A stretch of 64,000 bases of DNA, taken from Candidatus Cloacimonadota bacterium. GTDB lineage: Bacteria; Cloacimonadota; Cloacimonadia; G963667145. The position numbers were made by a program, and so were the translations under genes. Shown here piece after piece: positions 20,997 to 31,504 of the stretch; within the stretch, counting starts at the first letter, position 1; the number at the start of each line of letters is the position of its first letter. The stretch lies in NCBI GenBank assembly GCA_963667255.1, contig OY762940.1, forward strand, positions 1,408,001 to 1,472,000. The letters run 5' to 3'. A model generated the notes under the pieces. The model saw only the letters and a program-made list of their open reading frames with translations. It had not been told where the DNA came from and ran no database searches.

Positions 20997-22730
20997 TCAT
21001 CCAATGTTAATATTCTCAACGGGATATAAAAAGGCTTTGCCCTTCTTGGTGTCCGACAAAGCAAAAATAATCGTAAGCGGTCCTATTCTACCGAAAAACA
21101 TCAAAAATATAACAACCAATTTTCCTGCCCAAGAAAGACCGGAAGTTATACCCATACTCAATCCAACAGTGCCAAAAGCGGAAACAGCCTCAAAAATAAT
21201 CTCCTTAAATCCAAAAGGCTCCAAAGCAAAAAGGAAGAAAATCGCTATCAAAAGAGTCAGCATAGAGATAGCAAGCAACGCCATCACCTGATTGAGTTTC
21301 TCCAAAGGGATGCTCCTTTTGAAGACGGTAATCCGCTTGTTCCCTGTCAGCAGTGAAATAACAGCCACGGCGACAATCGCCAAAGTTGTTGTCTTGATGC
21401 CACCACCTGTGGAACTTGGGCTAGCACCTATCAGCATAAAAAGCAAAGTCCAAATAAACGAAGAATCGGAAAGTGTTGCTTGGTCGATAGTGTTAAACCC
21501 ACAAGTTCTGGTAGTAACTGACTGGAAAAAAGAGTGTCCTATTCTCTCCAAGCTCCCAAAATGGTTCATGGAACTATTGACCTCAAAAAAGTAATAAAAA
21601 ATTGTTCCGCCAATCAACAAAATGGCAGTTGTATTCACCACAATTTTCGTATGCAACGACAAGCGATTAAATTGCAAATTCCTGCTTTTTATCAATTCCC
21701 AAAAATTGATGAGGCACGGAAATCCTAATCCGCCCAAAATTATTAGCATAGGAACGACAAAAACGATAGACCAATTCAAATCTATGTCGGCAAAACTCCC
21801 AGGATAGAGGGAAAATCCAGCATTGCAAAAAGAGGAAATGGAATGGAAAACAGCAAAATATCCCGATTTTAGATAAGAATATTCCAAATTTCTAAAATTG
21901 AAATACAACAAAATCGCACCCACAAACTCAATGGTAAATGTGAGAATTACAACATTTCGGATGATTCCGCCTATGCTAAATCCTCTCAAATATCCACCTA
22001 CACTTTCCACCATAGTCTTACCTGCGGAGTTGATTTTTTCGCCGATTATCAGAGCAAATAAAGTAGAAATCGTCATAATTCCCAGTCCGCCTATTTGGAT
22101 TAAGATAAGAATCACAACTTGCCCGAAAAGAGTAAAATAGGTGTAAGTATTTTCCACAACCAAGCCCGTAACACAAACTGCCGAAGTGGAGGTAAAAAAA
22201 GCGTCTATCAAAGAAATATTCCCTCTAACTACCGACATCGGCAACTTGAGAAGCACTGCCCCCAAAAAAATCATCAGCAAGAAAGTTATGATTACCAAAT
22301 AAAAAGGGTTGTTGTAATATTTAATCGGGAACGGGATATCCTGAGAACTCACCGAAAATGTGTAAAGAAATCTGGAAATTTGCCGAAAAATTATAAACAA
22401 AAAGAAAAGACTTCCTCCCAAATTGAACGCAAAAAAGAAAACCAGCAAGCTCTCCACCACAATAAAAATCCGGCGAACAAGGGGAAATTTTAGGAACTCA
22501 AAATAGAAAAAGAAAACATTAACTCCATAGCAACCGAGAACAATGTGAGCGTAATAGCGGATGAAAAAATTTTGCGAAATATCGGAAATCTTAATTCCCA
22601 ACAATAAGAAAGTAAGATTTAAAGCGGCAAAAAAATAAAGTACTACCCGAAAAGTAGTACTTAATTTCTCGATTTTACTGTAAACTCTCTTTGATTTTTT
22701 CAAAAACCTGCTCCGGTGTTTGATCAGCAT
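20997..22730 (-). CDS. ktrB: KtrB/TrkH potassium uptake membrane subunit with hydrophobic N-terminal extension (start uncertain)
   Basis: TSAVCVTGL, FCNAGF, TRTCGF, STGGGIK, SAFGTVGLS. Confidence 0.9.
   Translation of the reverse strand: MLIKHRSRFLKKSKRVYSKIEKLSTTFRVVLYFFAALNLTFLLLGIKISDISQNFFIRYYAHIVLGCYGVNVFFFYFEFLKFPLVRRIFIVVESLLVFFFAFNLGGSLFFLFIIFRQISRFLYTFSVSSQDIPFPIKYYNNPFYLVIITFLLMIFLGAVLLKLPMSVVRGNISLIDAFFTSTSAVCVTGLVVENTYTYFTLFGQVVILILIQIGGLGIMTISTLFALIIGEKINSAGKTMVESVGGYLRGFSIGGIIRNVVILTFTIEFVGAILLYFNFRNLEYSYLKSGYFAVFHSISSFCNAGFSLYPGSFADIDLNWSIVFVVPMLIILGGLGFPCLINFWELIKSRNLQFNRLSLHTKIVVNTTAILLIGGTIFYYFFEVNSSMNHFGSLERIGHSFFQSVTTRTCGFNTIDQATLSDSSFIWTLLFMLIGASPSSTGGGIKTTTLAIVAVAVISLLTGNKRITVFKRSIPLEKLNQVMALLAISMLTLLIAIFFLFALEPFGFKEIIFEAVSAFGTVGLSMGITSGLSWAGKLVVIFLMFFGRIGPLTIIFALSDTKKGKAFLYPVENINIG
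22629..22662 (-). terminator. Terminator-like hairpin just after the adk stop
   Basis: AAGTACTAC-TTTTCGG-GTAGTACTT-TATTTTTT. Confidence 0.5.
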
Positions 22731-23307
22731 TGACCTTTACCAAAAGACCTTTAGAAGCAAAAAAGTCCAAAAGAGGTGCGGTTTGCTCATTGAAAGTAGA
22801 GACTCTCTTGGCAATTGCCACAGGATTATCATCGGCTCTTCTTTGCAAATCACCGCCACATTTATCACACTTATCCACAACTTTCGGCTTGTTAATAAGA
22901 TTATATTCAATCTTGCAGACAGGGCAATTTTGTCTGGCGGACATTCTGGCAATCGCCAAATCTTCAGCCAAATCCATATAAATCACTTTATCTATCGCAA
23001 ACTCCTGCAAAAGAAATTCCGCTTGAGAAGTGTTGCGGGGAAATCCATCCAATATAAAGCCTTTGCCTTGCTTATCAATATCATCTTTCAACAATCTGAT
23101 TACCAACTCATCGGGAACAAGTGCACCTTCATCCAAATATCCCTTCAGCTCTTTGCCCAACTCAGTTTGCTCGGCTATATGTGCTCTAAACAAATCACCG
23201 GTGCTGATGTGAGCCAAATCAAAAAGCTCCTTGATTCTTTTGGACTGAGTGCCTTTGCCACAGCCCTGAATCCCCATTATACAAATAGCTAACTTACCTT
23301 TATACAT
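22675..23307 (-). CDS. adk: Adenylate kinase (Zn-lid type)
   Basis: G.QGCGKGTQ, HISTGDLFR, LDGFPR, CPVC...CDKC lid. Confidence 0.96.
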   Translation of the reverse strand: MYKGKLAICIMGIQGCGKGTQSKRIKELFDLAHISTGDLFRAHIAEQTELGKELKGYLDEGALVPDELVIRLLKDDIDKQGKGFILDGFPRNTSQAEFLLQEFAIDKVIYMDLAEDLAIARMSARQNCPVCKIEYNLINKPKVVDKCDKCGGDLQRRADDNPVAIAKRVSTFNEQTAPLLDFFASKGLLVKVNADQTPEQVFEKIKESLQ

Positions 23308-24260
23308 TATATTATCTCCTTATTTTTTGAAAAATTAATTACCTTGTCAATCACCACACCATCGGACTTGCTGTCTTTCATATGCACCATCAACTCACAA
23401 ATAAGACCTATGGAAATGAATTGCACGCCTATCACGGACAAAAGAACTGCCAACATCAAAAGCGGTCTGCCGGATATCCCCTCAACCAAAAAATATTTGA
23501 TATACAAAAGATACAAACAGAGAGCAAACCCTGCTAAAGCCATTAGCGAACCCATACCTCCGAAAAAATAAATCGGGCTTTTTTTGTATTTTGTGATTAC
23601 CCTGATAGTAAGAAAATCGAGAAATCCCCGCAAATAGCGTTCCACTCCGTATTTAGACTTTCCGTGCTCTCTCTTGCGATGCTCCACTACCACTTCCCCA
23701 CAACTAAACCCTTTCGCCTTAGCCAACACGGGGATATATCTGTGCAATTCGCCGTAAATATTGAGATTATCAACAACTTTTTTCTTATAAGCCTTGAAAC
23801 CGCAATTGTAATCGTGCAAGTCCATTCTGAAAAATTTGGAAACAACAAAATTAAAAATCTTGGATGGCAAAGTTTTCCCGAGCGGGTCAAATCTTCTTTT
23901 TTTCCACCCGCTAACCATATCATAACCTTCGTCCAAATTCTCCAAAAATTTGGGAATCTCTTTGGGATTGTCTTGTAAATCCGCATCCAAGGTAAAGACA
24001 ATTTCACCTTCTGCTGACTCAAAACCCTTTTGAATAGCCGCAGATTTCCCAAAATTTCGCTGAAACTTAATGACTTGAACTTTGCTATCAGCCTCAGCAA
24101 GATTTTTCATCACGCCAAAACTGCCGTCTCCTGAGCCATCATCCACAAAAATGATTTGATAATCGTCTCCACCGGGAATATTTTCCTTAATCTCTCGATA
24201 CAGCGTCCCAATAGTTGCTTCTTCATTAAGCACAGATATCACAAACGAAAGCAATTTCAA
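23307..24260 (-). CDS. GT2 polyprenyl-phosphate glycosyltransferase (ArnC/DPM1-like)
   Basis: VDDGS.D, RNFGKS, DADLQD, DYNCGFK, two C-terminal TM; TTG start after GGAGG. Confidence 0.88.
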   Translation of the reverse strand: MKLLSFVISVLNEEATIGTLYREIKENIPGGDDYQIIFVDDGSGDGSFGVMKNLAEADSKVQVIKFQRNFGKSAAIQKGFESAEGEIVFTLDADLQDNPKEIPKFLENLDEGYDMVSGWKKRRFDPLGKTLPSKIFNFVVSKFFRMDLHDYNCGFKAYKKKVVDNLNIYGELHRYIPVLAKAKGFSCGEVVVEHRKREHGKSKYGVERYLRGFLDFLTIRVITKYKKSPIYFFGGMGSLMALAGFALCLYLLYIKYFLVEGISGRPLLMLAVLLSVIGVQFISIGLICELMVHMKDSKSDGVVIDKVINFSKNKEII

Positions 24261-24264
24261 TCTC

Positions 24265-24873
24265 TTATCCTCCGATGTTAAAACCAATCGCCAGCACAAC
24301 AGCTGTAGCCAGTGGCATTTTCAAATTGTCATCCAACTTCCCGGGAACTAACTCGGTCACTGTGGCAACCAACGCCCCAAGGCAACAAATCGTCCAAAAA
24401 AGCATTTCAGAAGGAGCAACCCCTCTGTTTCCAAAAAAATAAACACAACCCAAACAAGCAGCGAAACAAGACAAAGAACCTTCCAAGCTCTTATTCCCGA
24501 TTTTAATTCTCCCAAATTTCTTCCCAATCAAAGCAGCAACTGTATCTCCAATTCCCAAAAAACTTAAAGCCAAAAAAGCCACCTCTCCTTGAAAAAAAAC
24601 AACGCAAACTATGCACGAAATCAACAGATAAAAAGAGCCTGCCAACTTTCCTTTTTTTTCATGGTCTCGTAGGATAAAGCCACAATATCTATTCAAAAAC
24701 AGACCAAATTTGCTCTCCGACCTTCGCAAAAACTCATAAGCAAAAAACAAAGAGAAAACAAGCAAAATCCAAAATAAAGCCCACGGTTTATTGTAATCGA
24801 GCCAATATTTGTAGCCGAAAGGAATGCCCAACGAAGTCAAATGAACTAATTTGCGACAAATTTCGTTTTTCAT
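24265..24873 (-). CDS. Polyprenol/phytol/dolichol kinase family membrane protein
   Basis: RKLVH, GDTVAALIG, KSLEGS, DDN motifs. Confidence 0.8.
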   Translation of the reverse strand: MKNEICRKLVHLTSLGIPFGYKYWLDYNKPWALFWILLVFSLFFAYEFLRRSESKFGLFLNRYCGFILRDHEKKGKLAGSFYLLISCIVCVVFFQGEVAFLALSFLGIGDTVAALIGKKFGRIKIGNKSLEGSLSCFAACLGCVYFFGNRGVAPSEMLFWTICCLGALVATVTELVPGKLDDNLKMPLATAVVLAIGFNIGG

Positions 24874-27800
24874 TAAACCTCATTCTTCCCGCAACACTTC
24901 TTATATTTTTTCCCACTACCGCACGGACAAAGGTCGTTTCTGCCGATTTTCTGCTCCACTACCCTCTGCCGAACTTGAGCGGATTCATCAATGTGACTTG
25001 GGTCATAAGCAGAAGTATTGGAATGAGATAAATTCAATTTATCGTCACTCTGCATTTTGTTCGGTTGCACAGCTATCCTAAAAATGAAAACCTTCTTGGC
25101 AACCGTTTCCGCAATGTTGGTCAACAAATCCTCAAAAAGTTTGAAACTCTCTTTTTTATACTCGATGAGCGGGTCTCTTTGCCCGTAAGAACGCAACCCG
25201 ATGCCTTCCTTGAGCGAGTCCATCTCATGCAAGTGCTCACGATACAACTCATCAACCGTTTCCAAAAGAACATATCTTTCTATCTGCTCCACAAGGTTAT
25301 CGCCCATTCTGTCCACCTTGTTGTGATAAGCAGACAAAACATCTTCCACCAATCTCTTTTCCAAATCAACAGGCTCATAATCATCCGGCTCCAACTGCAA
25401 ATCCAACATCCTGTTCACTTTAGTTATCAAACCTGCAATATCAATCTCGCCTTCAGAATTGACAGCGGAATATTCATCAAGCCGATTATAAACAAAATCT
25501 TCGATAAAATCGAGAATTTCTCCTCGCACACTCAGACCTTCCAACACCTTTTTCCGATAAGAATAGATTATCTCCCGCTGGCTGCTGCCAACTTGGTCGT
25601 ATTCCAACAAATTCTTTCTGATTTGGAAGTTGTAAGATTCCACTCGTTTTTGAGCCTTTTCCACCGATTTATTCATCCAAGGATGGTAGATAGCTTCTCC
25701 GTCTCGCAAACCCAATTTTTTCATCATCGGAGCTATCCTGTCCGAACCAAATAATCGCATAAGATTATCTTCCAGAGAAAGATAAAATCTGGAAGTTCCC
25801 GGGTCGCCCTGCCTACCTGCACGACCACGCAATTGCCTATCTATCCGCCGAGACTCGTGCCTCTCGGTGCCTATCACATGCAAGCCGTCCATCATTTTAC
25901 CATAAGGAAACTCATCGTTGAATTTTTTATCGTAACCTTGCAAATAGCTTTCTCTGGCTTGGGAGATAACTCCATCTCCAAGTTTAATGTCAGTCCCACG
26001 ACCTGCCATATTCGTAGCAATCGTCACCGCTCCGGGCTGACCGGCTTGTGCTACTATCTCAGCCTCTTTTTGATTTTTCTTCGCGTTAAGCACATTGTGC
26101 GAAATCTTCCGTCGCGAAAGCATTTTGGACAAAAGCTCAGAGACATCAACGGAAACCGTGCCAACCAACACGGGCTTCCCCATTTTGTGCCAATAAACTA
26201 TCTCCTCAATAACAGCCTGATATTTCTCGTTTTTCGTCAGATAAATCATATCGTCGTAATCGACACGAGTAATCGGAACATTCGTCGGCACTTCCAAAAC
26301 GGGCAAATTGTAAATCTCGGCAAACTCCTTGGACTCTGTCACGGCAGTTCCCGTCATACCAGCAATTTTATTGTAAAGCCTAAAATAATTTTGGATAGTT
26401 ACCGTAGCAAAAGTTTGCGAAGCCTTCTCTATCTTCACACCCTCTTTCGCCTCTATCGCCTGATGCAACCCTTCCGAAAATCTCCGACCAGGCATCAATC
26501 TGCCCGTAAATTCATCCACAATCATCACCTTGCCGTCTTGCACCACATACTCTTCGTCCTTATTGAACAAAGCGTAGGCTTTCAAAAGTTGGTCGATATT
26601 ATGGAGTTTTTCGTTCTTATCCAAAAATCTCTCGGAAATTTCCTCTTTCCTCACTAATTTCTCTTTGGCAGACAAATTTTCATCTGAATCAATTTCGTCC
26701 AAAACCTCATCCAACGAACCCATGATAAACAAATCGTCTTCCAACTTGCCAATTTCCGCCTGACCTTTTTCACACAAATGGCAAGAATGCCCCCGCTCAT
26801 CCACCACAAAATACAATTCGTCATCAAACTCGTGCATCTTCTTGTCGCGAATAGCCGCATTCTCCACATCCACCAAAGCCTGCTTATATCGTGCGTCTTT
26901 CATCAATTTCAAAAAAGCCTTTCTCTTGGGCAAAGCTCTTTTTATCTTCAACAAAAATCCGCCAATCTCAAAACTGTCCTTTTCCACATCCAACGCATCG
27001 ATTTTACTCAAAAACTCACCCACCAAATCTCGTTGTAATTTGAACAGTCGGGAAATCGCAGGTTTAAATTCGGGGAAATAGTTTTTGCTCTCCGGCACGG
27101 GACCGCTGATAATCAGAGGCGTTCTCGCTTCATCAATCAAAACACTATCGACCTCATCGATGATAGCATAGTTCAGCTTCCCTTGCACCAATTGGCTCTT
27201 GTCCACCGCCATATTGTCGCGTAGATAATCAAACCCAAACTCGCTGTTAGTTCCATAGACGATGTCCGAAGCGTAAATTTTTTGCTTCTCTTCAGACTCC
27301 ATCATATTTTGCAAACAGCCGACAGTTAGCCCGTGAAACTCAAAAACCGGAGACATCCACTGAGAGTCTCGTTTTGCCAGATAGTCGTTAACCGTAATAA
27401 GATGTGCTCCATCGCCAGTCATCGCATTTAGGAATAGCGGCAACACAGCCACCAAGGTTTTCCCTTCTCCTGTCGCCATCTCCGCTATTTCTCCATCGTG
27501 CAGAGCAATTCCTCCGATTAACTGAACATCAAAAGGAACCATATTCCAAACTTGCTCTTGCTCAACCACCGTGTAGCGAGAGCCAACAAGCCTGCGACAA
27601 GTCTCTTTTACATACGCAAAAACAGGCGGCAAATATTCGTCCAACACCTCTTTGGCAAATTTCTTCAACTGCTGTTGCTGTTTATTGAGAGCGTCGTGAG
27701 TAGCATCGGTTTTATCAGCTTGATACTCCTTCTCCAGCTCAGCCAACAAATCTTTCTCTTTCGCAAGTTTTCTCTGAATATCGTTTTTGAACCCTTGCAG

Positions 27801-27938
27801 ATTATTTTTAAATTCAGCATCAGACAAAAGATGCAAATCTTTAAAAATACCGTTTATTTTATCTACAACAGGATAAAGAGTTTTCAGCTTCTTGGAAGAC
27901 CTATTCCCAAAAGCTTTTTCTATCATCGATTTTAACAT
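24873..27938 (-). CDS. secA: Preprotein translocase SecA
   Basis: [32 protein letters not shown]-terminal [12 protein letters not shown]. Confidence 0.98.
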   Translation of the reverse strand: MLKSMIEKAFGNRSSKKLKTLYPVVDKINGIFKDLHLLSDAEFKNNLQGFKNDIQRKLAKEKDLLAELEKEYQADKTDATHDALNKQQQQLKKFAKEVLDEYLPPVFAYVKETCRRLVGSRYTVVEQEQVWNMVPFDVQLIGGIALHDGEIAEMATGEGKTLVAVLPLFLNAMTGDGAHLITVNDYLAKRDSQWMSPVFEFHGLTVGCLQNMMESEEKQKIYASDIVYGTNSEFGFDYLRDNMAVDKSQLVQGKLNYAIIDEVDSVLIDEARTPLIISGPVPESKNYFPEFKPAISRLFKLQRDLVGEFLSKIDALDVEKDSFEIGGFLLKIKRALPKRKAFLKLMKDARYKQALVDVENAAIRDKKMHEFDDELYFVVDERGHSCHLCEKGQAEIGKLEDDLFIMGSLDEVLDEIDSDENLSAKEKLVRKEEISERFLDKNEKLHNIDQLLKAYALFNKDEEYVVQDGKVMIVDEFTGRLMPGRRFSEGLHQAIEAKEGVKIEKASQTFATVTIQNYFRLYNKIAGMTGTAVTESKEFAEIYNLPVLEVPTNVPITRVDYDDMIYLTKNEKYQAVIEEIVYWHKMGKPVLVGTVSVDVSELLSKMLSRRKISHNVLNAKKNQKEAEIVAQAGQPGAVTIATNMAGRGTDIKLGDGVISQARESYLQGYDKKFNDEFPYGKMMDGLHVIGTERHESRRIDRQLRGRAGRQGDPGTSRFYLSLEDNLMRLFGSDRIAPMMKKLGLRDGEAIYHPWMNKSVEKAQKRVESYNFQIRKNLLEYDQVGSSQREIIYSYRKKVLEGLSVRGEILDFIEDFVYNRLDEYSAVNSEGEIDIAGLITKVNRMLDLQLEPDDYEPVDLEKRLVEDVLSAYHNKVDRMGDNLVEQIERYVLLETVDELYREHLHEMDSLKEGIGLRSYGQRDPLIEYKKESFKLFEDLLTNIAETVAKKVFIFRIAVQPNKMQSDDKLNLSHSNTSAYDPSHIDESAQVRQRVVEQKIGRNDLCPCGSGKKYKKCCGKNEV

Positions 27939-28119
27939 ATACAAATTCCAAATTTTTATCGTAACCTCAAGTCAAACGAAGTAAAGTCAAGACTTTTTTA
28001 TCCTTTTTTGAACTCTTCGGAAAATAATAACACCGCTGAAATTCCAATTAGCCGAATTTATCTGACAACTAATAAATTAAACCAAATATTATTAACTCGA
28101 ATAAAAGGGAAATTAGAGA

Positions 28120-29028
28120 TTACTTGGATTTTACAAAAGTCAGATTTTCAACTTTGCTGTATTCCAATCTGCCCTCTGTAACCAACTTCGCCACCTCTTT
28201 GCTGACGACATGCAAATTTATTCCCAAAATTTCTGACAGTTCCAAAATCGTGCACGGTCTTCTTTTTACAATTTCTCCGATTTGCTGAGGAAGATTTTTA
28301 TCCAGCTGTTTTCGTTTCCCAACTTTATAATTCCTTGTAGGAATATCAACGGGCACTCCCCAGTCAAGTTCAGCTATTTTTTGCAATTTCCCGTATTCTA
28401 CAGGTTGCACCCACGCCTCGCTTCCGGGACGGTCAAGCGAATTTAACTGCACACGATTTGGTTTGATTTCCTGCACAGCCTTGATAAGTTTGCCCAACTC
28501 CTCGGCGGTATCGTTCACTCCGGAGACCAAAAAAATCTCCAGCCACATTTCGCCTGAAAATTTTTTCTGAAAACCAGCCAGTTTCCGCACAATTCCTTTC
28601 GCCAAAATCCCCTTTGCAGGACGATTAATTTCTTCAAAGACTTCCTGACTGACCGCATCCAGCGACGGCACCAAGACATCCACTCGTGGCTCTAAATAAG
28701 AAGAGGAATTGGTAATCAAGCACAATTTGTATTGGGGAAATTTTTGTTTCATAAAGTCGGTGATTTTTTCCAAACAAGTGGACAAAGCGGGTTCACCGTT
28801 ACCGGAAAAAGTAACAAAATCCAACTCAGGACCATCGGACAAATACTCATCCAACTCGAAGATTACTTCCTCTGTCGGCACAAGCTCCGACCGCTCTGTG
28901 CTCAAGCAAGTCGTCCTGCCCGCCTCACAATACACGCAATCAAAACTACAATGTTTGTAAGGGACAATATCGACGCCCAAAGAAAGCCCTAATCTTCTGG
29001 ATAAAATAGGACCAAAAAGATATTTCAT
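28120..29028 (-). CDS. Radical SAM protein (COG0731-like)
   Basis: FGP..SRRLG.SLG, CSFDCVYC, TFSG.GEP. Confidence 0.8.
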   Translation of the reverse strand: MKYLFGPILSRRLGLSLGVDIVPYKHCSFDCVYCEAGRTTCLSTERSELVPTEEVIFELDEYLSDGPELDFVTFSGNGEPALSTCLEKITDFMKQKFPQYKLCLITNSSSYLEPRVDVLVPSLDAVSQEVFEEINRPAKGILAKGIVRKLAGFQKKFSGEMWLEIFLVSGVNDTAEELGKLIKAVQEIKPNRVQLNSLDRPGSEAWVQPVEYGKLQKIAELDWGVPVDIPTRNYKVGKRKQLDKNLPQQIGEIVKRRPCTILELSEILGINLHVVSKEVAKLVTEGRLEYSKVENLTFVKSK

Positions 29029-29033
29029 GAAAA

Positions 29034-29315
29034 TTACCGTTCTACAGTCTTGGGAACGCTAAAATAGACCTCAGAATCTTCGGATTGCCTATTGAGCAAA
29101 GCCAGTTCACGAGCAAAAGATTTTTCCAACTCATCGTCTCGCAAGTCGTCATATTGCAAACAATCTTCAACGGAAATCGCAGAAGAAGCCTCAACATCTC
29201 CTATAACCTTCACATACTCCAAAATCCCATCAAACCCTTCGGTAAACTTTTCGGGATTGTCGAAATCGAGTTTGCAAAGCTCGGCAATTTTTTTTACTTC
29301 ATCTACGCTTATCAT
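29034..29315 (-). CDS. gatC: Asp/Glu-tRNA amidotransferase subunit C
   Basis: V.KIA.L.KL, LRDDE, YFSVPK. Confidence 0.85.
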   Translation of the reverse strand: MISVDEVKKIAELCKLDFDNPEKFTEGFDGILEYVKVIGDVEASSAISVEDCLQYDDLRDDELEKSFARELALLNRQSEDSEVYFSVPKTVER

Positions 29316-29337
29316 TTTATCTAACTACCCAGTAAAT

Positions 29338-29883
29338 TTAAGGGTTCATATTTACATTGAGAGGGCTGTCTTCACTCAAAACAAGAGTCCCAACATAATC
29401 GGTGCTATCAGCAAGCAAAATCCTTGTTTGCATAATTTCCATCTCTTCTTTTTTTTTGGCATCAAGTTGAAGTTCACTTTCACTCTTATCTTTGGAGAAA
29501 ATCTTCATATCAAAATTTTTGTGAATATAGCCGGTAACGGAAATCATTATCACACACACAACCAAAATAGGTAGCCCATACAAACACCATTTACTGCTCC
29601 AAATGCTTCTCTTGTCCGTAAAATTTCCAAGACTTTCTTTGACTACTTTCGTTCCAAAATGTTCGGAATCAAAAGCGTCCAAAACCTTGCCGGTATCCGC
29701 TCCTATCAATCGGGCATAAGTATATACAAAATTCCGTGCTAACGCTTTCTTCTCATAGTAATCATCATCGTTTGCCTCTATCGAAGCCAAAGTCTCCACA
29801 GGAATCCTCGTGATAAGAGAGACCTCTTCCAAACTCTTACCAATGGAAGTTCTGTATTCGAATAATAAATCGCCTACTCGCAC
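29338..29883 (-). CDS. RodZ-like HTH membrane protein
   Basis: N-terminal HTH_25 pattern (SLEEVS..TRI....LASIE, YARLIG) plus one TM. Confidence 0.7.
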   Translation of the reverse strand: MRVGDLLFEYRTSIGKSLEEVSLITRIPVETLASIEANDDDYYEKKALARNFVYTYARLIGADTGKVLDAFDSEHFGTKVVKESLGNFTDKRSIWSSKWCLYGLPILVVCVIMISVTGYIHKNFDMKIFSKDKSESELQLDAKKKEEMEIMQTRILLADSTDYVGTLVLSEDSPLNVNMNP

Positions 29884-30003
29884 TAACTATTCCTTAAATT
29901 TAAAAAATCACAAACAAAAAAAGAGTCAATTCGGTTAATTATTTTTGTCCTCAACAAAATACTAATCCACCCTCTGACTCCTTAACAAATATCTCAAGTA
30001 AAA

Positions 30004-30079
30004 TGGTGGACCCAAGTGGATTCGAACCACTGACCGTCCGGTTATGAGCCGGAAGCTCTACCAACTGAGCTATAGGTCC
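30004..30079 (-). tRNA. tRNA with CAT anticodon, most likely tRNA-Ile2 (lysidine type)
   Basis: GGACCTATAGCTCAGTTGGTAGAGCTTCCGGCTCATAACCGG...GGTTCGAATCC...GGGTCCACCA; acceptor stem resembles Ile2 rather than fMet/eMet. Confidence 0.9.
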
Positions 30080-30173
30080 AAAAATATTCAATTAATGCAA
30101 ATCAATTTTCCCTACATCTGATGTCAAGAATTTTGTATTTGGAAAATGCAAACAGCCAAAAAGCCACTAATCA

Positions 30174-31079
30174 TCAATATCTAAACAAGTCCGTGGACAA
30201 ATATCTGTCTCCTCTGTCAGTCAAAACGGTAACAATCACACCTTCGTCCAACTCCTCTGCCAACTGCAATGCTCCCAACACATTAGCTCCAGAACTCATG
30301 CCAACAAAGAGTCCTTCTTCCCCAGCTAATCTTCGGGTCATATCAAAAGATTCTTTGCAAAAAACACTTCGCACTTGGTCTAATTTATGCACTTGATAAA
30401 TCTTCGGTTGCACAGACTCAACCATATTTTTCAAGCCTTGCAAATTGTGACGAAGATGAGGCTCTAACCCTATTATTTTGATATTTTTATTTCTCTCTCT
30501 AAAATAGTCTCCACATCCCATCAAAGTGCCTGTAGAACCCATACCAGCAACGAAATAGTCCAACTTACCGTCCAATTGCCTATATATCTCAGGAGCTGTG
30601 CCCACATAGTGCGACAGAGGGTTTGCAGGATTGCTAAACTGGTCGGGATAAAAATATCTCTCGGGCTCTTCCGCCACAATTTTTCGCAGCAAGCAAATAG
30701 CACCATCAGTCCCTTTATCAGCCTCGGAGAGCACCACTTCCACACCAAATCCTTCCAAAATCTGAATACGCTCCTGACTGACGGAACTGCTCATCACAAT
30801 CTTACACTTGTATCCAAGATGAGCGGCAATCATCGCTAGACCAACGCCAGTATTTCCCGAAGTCGCCTCAATAATGGTCTTATCCTTGGTAAGTTCGCCA
30901 CTCTCCAAACCTCTTTTTATCATCATCATCGCAGGTCTGTCTTTGATAGAACCACCGGGATTCATAAACTCCAATTTGGCAAAAATCTTCACTCCCTGTT
31001 TTTGCTCAATATTTTTCAGTCGAAGCAAAGGCGTATTGCCGATGCATTCAAACAAATTAGTGGCGTGCAGCTGGCTCAT
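30174..31079 (-). CDS. Cysteine synthase (CysK/CysM family)
   Basis: IGNTPL, NPGGSIKDR, EATSGNTG, DRGDRYLST. Confidence 0.9.
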   Translation of the reverse strand: MSQLHATNLFECIGNTPLLRLKNIEQKQGVKIFAKLEFMNPGGSIKDRPAMMMIKRGLESGELTKDKTIIEATSGNTGVGLAMIAAHLGYKCKIVMSSSVSQERIQILEGFGVEVVLSEADKGTDGAICLLRKIVAEEPERYFYPDQFSNPANPLSHYVGTAPEIYRQLDGKLDYFVAGMGSTGTLMGCGDYFRERNKNIKIIGLEPHLRHNLQGLKNMVESVQPKIYQVHKLDQVRSVFCKESFDMTRRLAGEEGLFVGMSSGANVLGALQLAEELDEGVIVTVLTDRGDRYLSTDLFRY

Positions 31080-31473
31080 AATTTTTCAACCCCTCGAATT
31101 TTTTACCAGACTTCTGACTATAATCCCAAATAGCAGCTCTGATAGCATCTTCAGCCAAGACGGAACAATGCACCTTCTCCGTCGGAAGTCCGCCAAGAGC
31201 CTCCAAAGCATCCCTGTTTCTGAATTTCAACGCCTCATCTATGCTCTTGCCTATCAACATTGTAGAAGCTACAGATGAGGAAGCAACCGCCGCTCCGCAT
31301 CCGTAAGTTTGAAATTTCAAATCGCTAATTACATCGTTTTCATCAACCTTGATATAAATCTTCATAATGTCGCCACACTGAGCACTGCCAATCTCTCCGA
31401 TACCATCGGCATCGTCTATCTTCCCCACATTTCGAGGATTTTGGAAATGATCCAATACCTTATCCGTATACAT
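31057..31473 (-). CDS. iscU: Fe-S scaffold IscU/NifU
   Basis: HFQNPRNVG, CGD, GCG.A.AS, KVHCS.LA. Confidence 0.93.
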   Translation of the reverse strand: MYTDKVLDHFQNPRNVGKIDDADGIGEIGSAQCGDIMKIYIKVDENDVISDLKFQTYGCGAAVASSSVASTMLIGKSIDEALKFRNRDALEALGGLPTEKVHCSVLAEDAIRAAIWDYSQKSGKKFEGLKNYEPAARH

Positions 31474-31504
31474 ATTACTCTCCTAAAATCTATATTTTCT
31501 TCCG

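Noticed and set aside
28046..29940. AATTCGGYTAATT 13-mer in two intergenic regions
   Set aside because: Two AT-rich copies only; cannot be distinguished from chance.
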